From Schizochytrium sp. TIO01 (taxonomy: Eukaryota; Protista; Bigyra: Labyrinthulomycetes), in contig SMSO01000037.1 in assembly GCA_004764695.1 (NCBI GenBank), forward strand, positions 596,747-660,746: a DNA stretch of 64,000 nucleotides, read 5' to 3'. The notes beneath the pieces were generated by a model. It worked only from the letters and a program-made list of their open reading frames with translations, ran no database searches and was not told the DNA's origin. Below are positions 60,947 through 64,000 of this stretch, piece after piece. The position numbers were made by a program, and so were the translations under genes. The first letter of the stretch is position 1. Every line of letters begins with the position of its first letter.

Positions 60947-62725
60947 ATGGCGGACTCTGCTCCGCTCCTAGGGCCTCTGACGCGGTGTTTGGATGCAGCT
61001 AAACGCCACTCAGGACGCTCTGCTCTTTTAGTGCACGGTCCTCGCGGCAGCGGCAAGCGTCATGAGCTGCGGTTGGCAGCTAGACTCTTAGAGTCTGGCA
61101 CGACCATTACCGCGAAGATGACCAGGCTAAAGCTTGATGGGAACGCAGATCCATCCCTGAATATTGACAAAGAAGGTACTCAGGATCAAGACACAAATCA
61201 GAGTCAACTGAAAAAGCTCGAACCGGAGAGGACGTTGGCTGTCGAGATTATGGATGTAGACCTTGCAGGTGCCAGAGAGGAATCTGCACGAATTTGCGGC
61301 GGTGCTGGTGGCTTTGAAGAGGATCACGCTCTACGAGGTCTTTTGGATGCCGCAGAAGCAAAAACTTCTGCAGAAAACAGTACCATGGTGACAATTACGG
61401 AACGCGCTGTAGTGGCAGTGGTTTATGAAGCAGACTTATGGTTCAACAAGGCTGCTGATTCCAAGCTCGTACTCACTTTAGCACAGTTCATGGCTCGGAA
61501 GAAAACTATTGCAGTCATTCTGATTGCAACAGATGCAAACAGATTGCATCCTCTAGTTCGGAAAGCAGTAGCAGAAGAGGCTGAGATCCAGGTGCCTACG
61601 CCAGAGGGGCGGGAGCTGATATGGAGACAAGCACTCCGCATGTATGCCCCGCATGTGCTGCCCCAAATGAGTGGGCCTGGCATCGGCAATTGTGATAAAT
61701 CTACAGATGAGGATCGTTCGGATACAAAGATAAAAAACATCGAGAGTGGTACGAAGGAAGGCACCCTGAATTTTACTGGGGAGGTGGACGAGGACAGCGA
61801 GTTGGAAATGATTCGCAAAGTGAATGCAAGGTGCCATGGTTGGCTTCCAGGGGATATCGTCGATGTATGTCATTTTGTGGACAGTGCAAAAGATTTAGAG
61901 CAGCAGGTCGATACGTATGTACCGAGCATGTTTCGCTCAGAGGCTGGTAGTGATACCCCATATACAGTAGTGTCTGCTGACAGGGTCACTACAACATGGG
62001 ATGATATTGGTGGACTTGAAGATACTAAGCAAGCGTTGCGTGAGATGATTGTTTGGCCTACTCTCTTCAAAGACACTTTTGACACTCTCGGTGTTTCACC
62101 CCCTGGTGGCGTGCTCTTCTACGGACCTCCAGGTACGGGTAAGACCTTGCTTGCAAGCGCTGTGGCGAAAGAAACGCATGCTAGTCTCCTTTCTGTCTCA
62201 ATCAGCGATGTGGTTCGTGGTCACGTAGGTGAAAGCGAGCGTATGATTGCAACCATTTTTGCTATGGCCCGCCGTGCGGCGCCGTGTGTGCTATTCTTTG
62301 ATGAGTTCCAGGCAATGTTTGGCTCACGAGCCTCCTCAGGAGAGCTAGGTCGTAAAATGATTGCTCAATTTCTTCAAGAAACCGATACTCGTGTGCCAGG
62401 CTTAGTCATTATGGCATCTACAAATGTGCCTGAAGCTATTGATCCGGCACTTCTTAGACCTGGTCGGTTCGATCGGAAGTTGTATGTTCCACTTCCCGAC
62501 AAAGCTGGTCGTGAGGTCATCTTGCAGCGACGACAGGAGAAAATGCAATCATGGAATTCAGACGTTGACCTTACAGCCCTTGTCGATCGCACCACAGGCT
62601 GGTCTGGGGCTGAACTGGTGTCTCTTTGTGACCGAGCTGCCTTGGAGGCTCTTAGACGCAACGGGCAGGATGTTGTTCAGGCTGATTTCGATGCTGTAAT
62701 TCAACGCGTACAGCAGACGCATTAA
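60947..62725 (+). CDS. CDC48-family AAA+ ATPase with degenerate D1 and intact D2 (AFG2/SPATA5-like), no N-domain
   Basis: D2: WDDIGGLED, GVLFYGPPGTGKT, VGESER, LFFDE, STNVPEAIDPALLRPGRFD. D1 remnant: HGPRGSGKR, VVYEAD, GWLPGDI. Confidence 0.9.
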   Translation: MADSAPLLGPLTRCLDAAKRHSGRSALLVHGPRGSGKRHELRLAARLLESGTTITAKMTRLKLDGNADPSLNIDKEGTQDQDTNQSQLKKLEPERTLAVEIMDVDLAGAREESARICGGAGGFEEDHALRGLLDAAEAKTSAENSTMVTITERAVVAVVYEADLWFNKAADSKLVLTLAQFMARKKTIAVILIATDANRLHPLVRKAVAEEAEIQVPTPEGRELIWRQALRMYAPHVLPQMSGPGIGNCDKSTDEDRSDTKIKNIESGTKEGTLNFTGEVDEDSELEMIRKVNARCHGWLPGDIVDVCHFVDSAKDLEQQVDTYVPSMFRSEAGSDTPYTVVSADRVTTTWDDIGGLEDTKQALREMIVWPTLFKDTFDTLGVSPPGGVLFYGPPGTGKTLLASAVAKETHASLLSVSISDVVRGHVGESERMIATIFAMARRAAPCVLFFDEFQAMFGSRASSGELGRKMIAQFLQETDTRVPGLVIMASTNVPEAIDPALLRPGRFDRKLYVPLPDKAGREVILQRRQEKMQSWNSDVDLTALVDRTTGWSGAELVSLCDRAALEALRRNGQDVVQADFDAVIQRVQQTH

Positions 62726-63320
62726 GACCAACTTCACAAGAAATAGAAGGAGAGAATAAACTCTTTTTTAATCGACATTCCTACAGCTACATGTAACGTT
62801 TCCCTTGTGCCATTCTCATACCAGGAAAGCTATGTTTAGCAAGGTGCAGAATATCTTTTGTGTTTTACATGTACTGCATCAGCTACAATTCGTTCTATTC
62901 GGTCAGGATTTAGGATATGTTGTACGACTCCGCATGATGCTTCATTTTAATATTTTTTTTCGTAGTAATGGGTGAACTAGCGTGTCATATGTTTCTAAAA
63001 GAAGGTAATAATATATGGTTGTAATTTACGTAGAAAAATGTTTGATTCGTAGTGACAAGAGTAGGCAAAGGTTAAGGTGAGGTGGGTCTCTCTGTAGGCA
63101 ACTACGTCACACCTGTAAAACTTGATATATATTGCAATTTCTCTCAAAGGCCACGCTCTCCTCTTCTCTCTTTTTCGCAGAACGTTAAGGTCAAACATTG
63201 TATTTTAACGCGTCTTACAGAAAACAAAAAGGAAAAATCTATAAACGCTAATGGGTACGATTCTGATTGTAAAATTCAGCATTGCCCATTTTTCACACAA
63301 ACAAACACAAAGATGAAACA

Positions 63321-64000
63321 CTAATATTTATCTGCAGAGCGCCCCTCTGGTGAGGCAGCCTTCTGATCACGTTCGTCTTTCTCGTTGTAACCAAATTCAT
63401 CGAATGAAGGCTTCCATCGCTTGAGTACGTAGCTCTTCATGGGCTCTGGTACTGGCGTGAAATTATTTTTCTTGAAGGTTCCAAGAGAAGCAAGATAGCT
63501 TTTGAGACGGGGTTCAGCAGAATCCCAGGTCTTCCAGCCAAATTTCTCATATATTCCATGGAGAGTTTGCAAGGGGTTATCATCCAACTGATCATAAGAG
63601 ACAACTGCGAATTGCTCACTCGGGATCATGGATCTCGCAGCCTGGTACTCCTTGAATAAAGTTTCGTATTGGCTAAGAATGAATTCAGTTACCATTTCAT
63701 CAGTGGGTTTGGCTAAGTAAGTATGCCAGTACGTGGTATCAGCCATATGCGCTGCGCTTTTCCAAACTGTGAAAGGGTTGCGGTGAATGTAAATAAACTG
63801 CGCTTTGGGAAACAGCTGGTAGAACAAGCGTGCTCGTGCAACATGACACGGACTTTTGAAAATCATACGGTTTGTTTTTGCGCCTCGTGCAATATAGTCA
63901 GCTGTCACACGACGCATAAACTCGAAGAAACCAGCAACCCATCGAGTTCGTTCTTCTTCCGTGGCATCCTCAAAAGTGAAGAAGCGACGAAACTCTGGCT
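63321..64000 (-). CDS. Sulfotransferase family protein (bacterial-like Sulfotransfer_3), 5' part outside the window
   Basis: IFKSPCH..R..LFYQLFPKAQFIYIHRNP..V..S and VSYDQLDDNP. The frame is open to the window end. Confidence 0.85.
   Translation of the reverse strand, partial: PEFRRFFTFEDATEEERTRWVAGFFEFMRRVTADYIARGAKTNRMIFKSPCHVARARLFYQLFPKAQFIYIHRNPFTVWKSAAHMADTTYWHTYLAKPTDEMVTEFILSQYETLFKEYQAARSMIPSEQFAVVSYDQLDDNPLQTLHGIYEKFGWKTWDSAEPRLKSYLASLGTFKKNNFTPVPEPMKSYVLKRWKPSFDEFGYNEKDERDQKAASPEGRSADKY

Noticed and set aside
4206-62699. Numerous antisense or alternate-frame ORFs nested in real genes (e.g. 12842-13459, 30180-30797, 55618-56331)
   Set aside because: Shadow ORFs produced by codon bias and low complexity, with no recognisable motifs.

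Overview
This is eukaryotic nuclear DNA, intron-poor and microsatellite-rich. Gene content and style suggest a stramenopile protist, probably a thraustochytrid/labyrinthulomycete; this is an inference and not certain. About 16 protein genes are supportable. In order: a type I membrane protein with vWA and PQQ-like beta-propeller domains, an orphan, Fpg glycosylase, an inositol polyphosphate 5-phosphatase (5-ptase + C2 + CaaX, split by a +1 frame break), a CBS+TLDc protein, UBE2T, a Cys-less homologue of bacterial TatD-associated radical SAM proteins, Vtc1, and a 3R-MYB factor with a ~14.7 kb gene-free upstream region. Beyond that gap lie RMT2, RPB8, a mitochondrial carrier, a BRE1-like ligase (second +1 frame break, degenerate RING), a spliced methyltransferase/vezatin-like fusion, a CDC48-family AAA ATPase and a partial sulfotransferase. 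No tRNA, rRNA, CRISPR array or intact transposon was recognised. The most notable observations are two +1 frame breaks ending at TGA, several unusual domain architectures, and YAG acceptor-like sites recurring just upstream of start codons.
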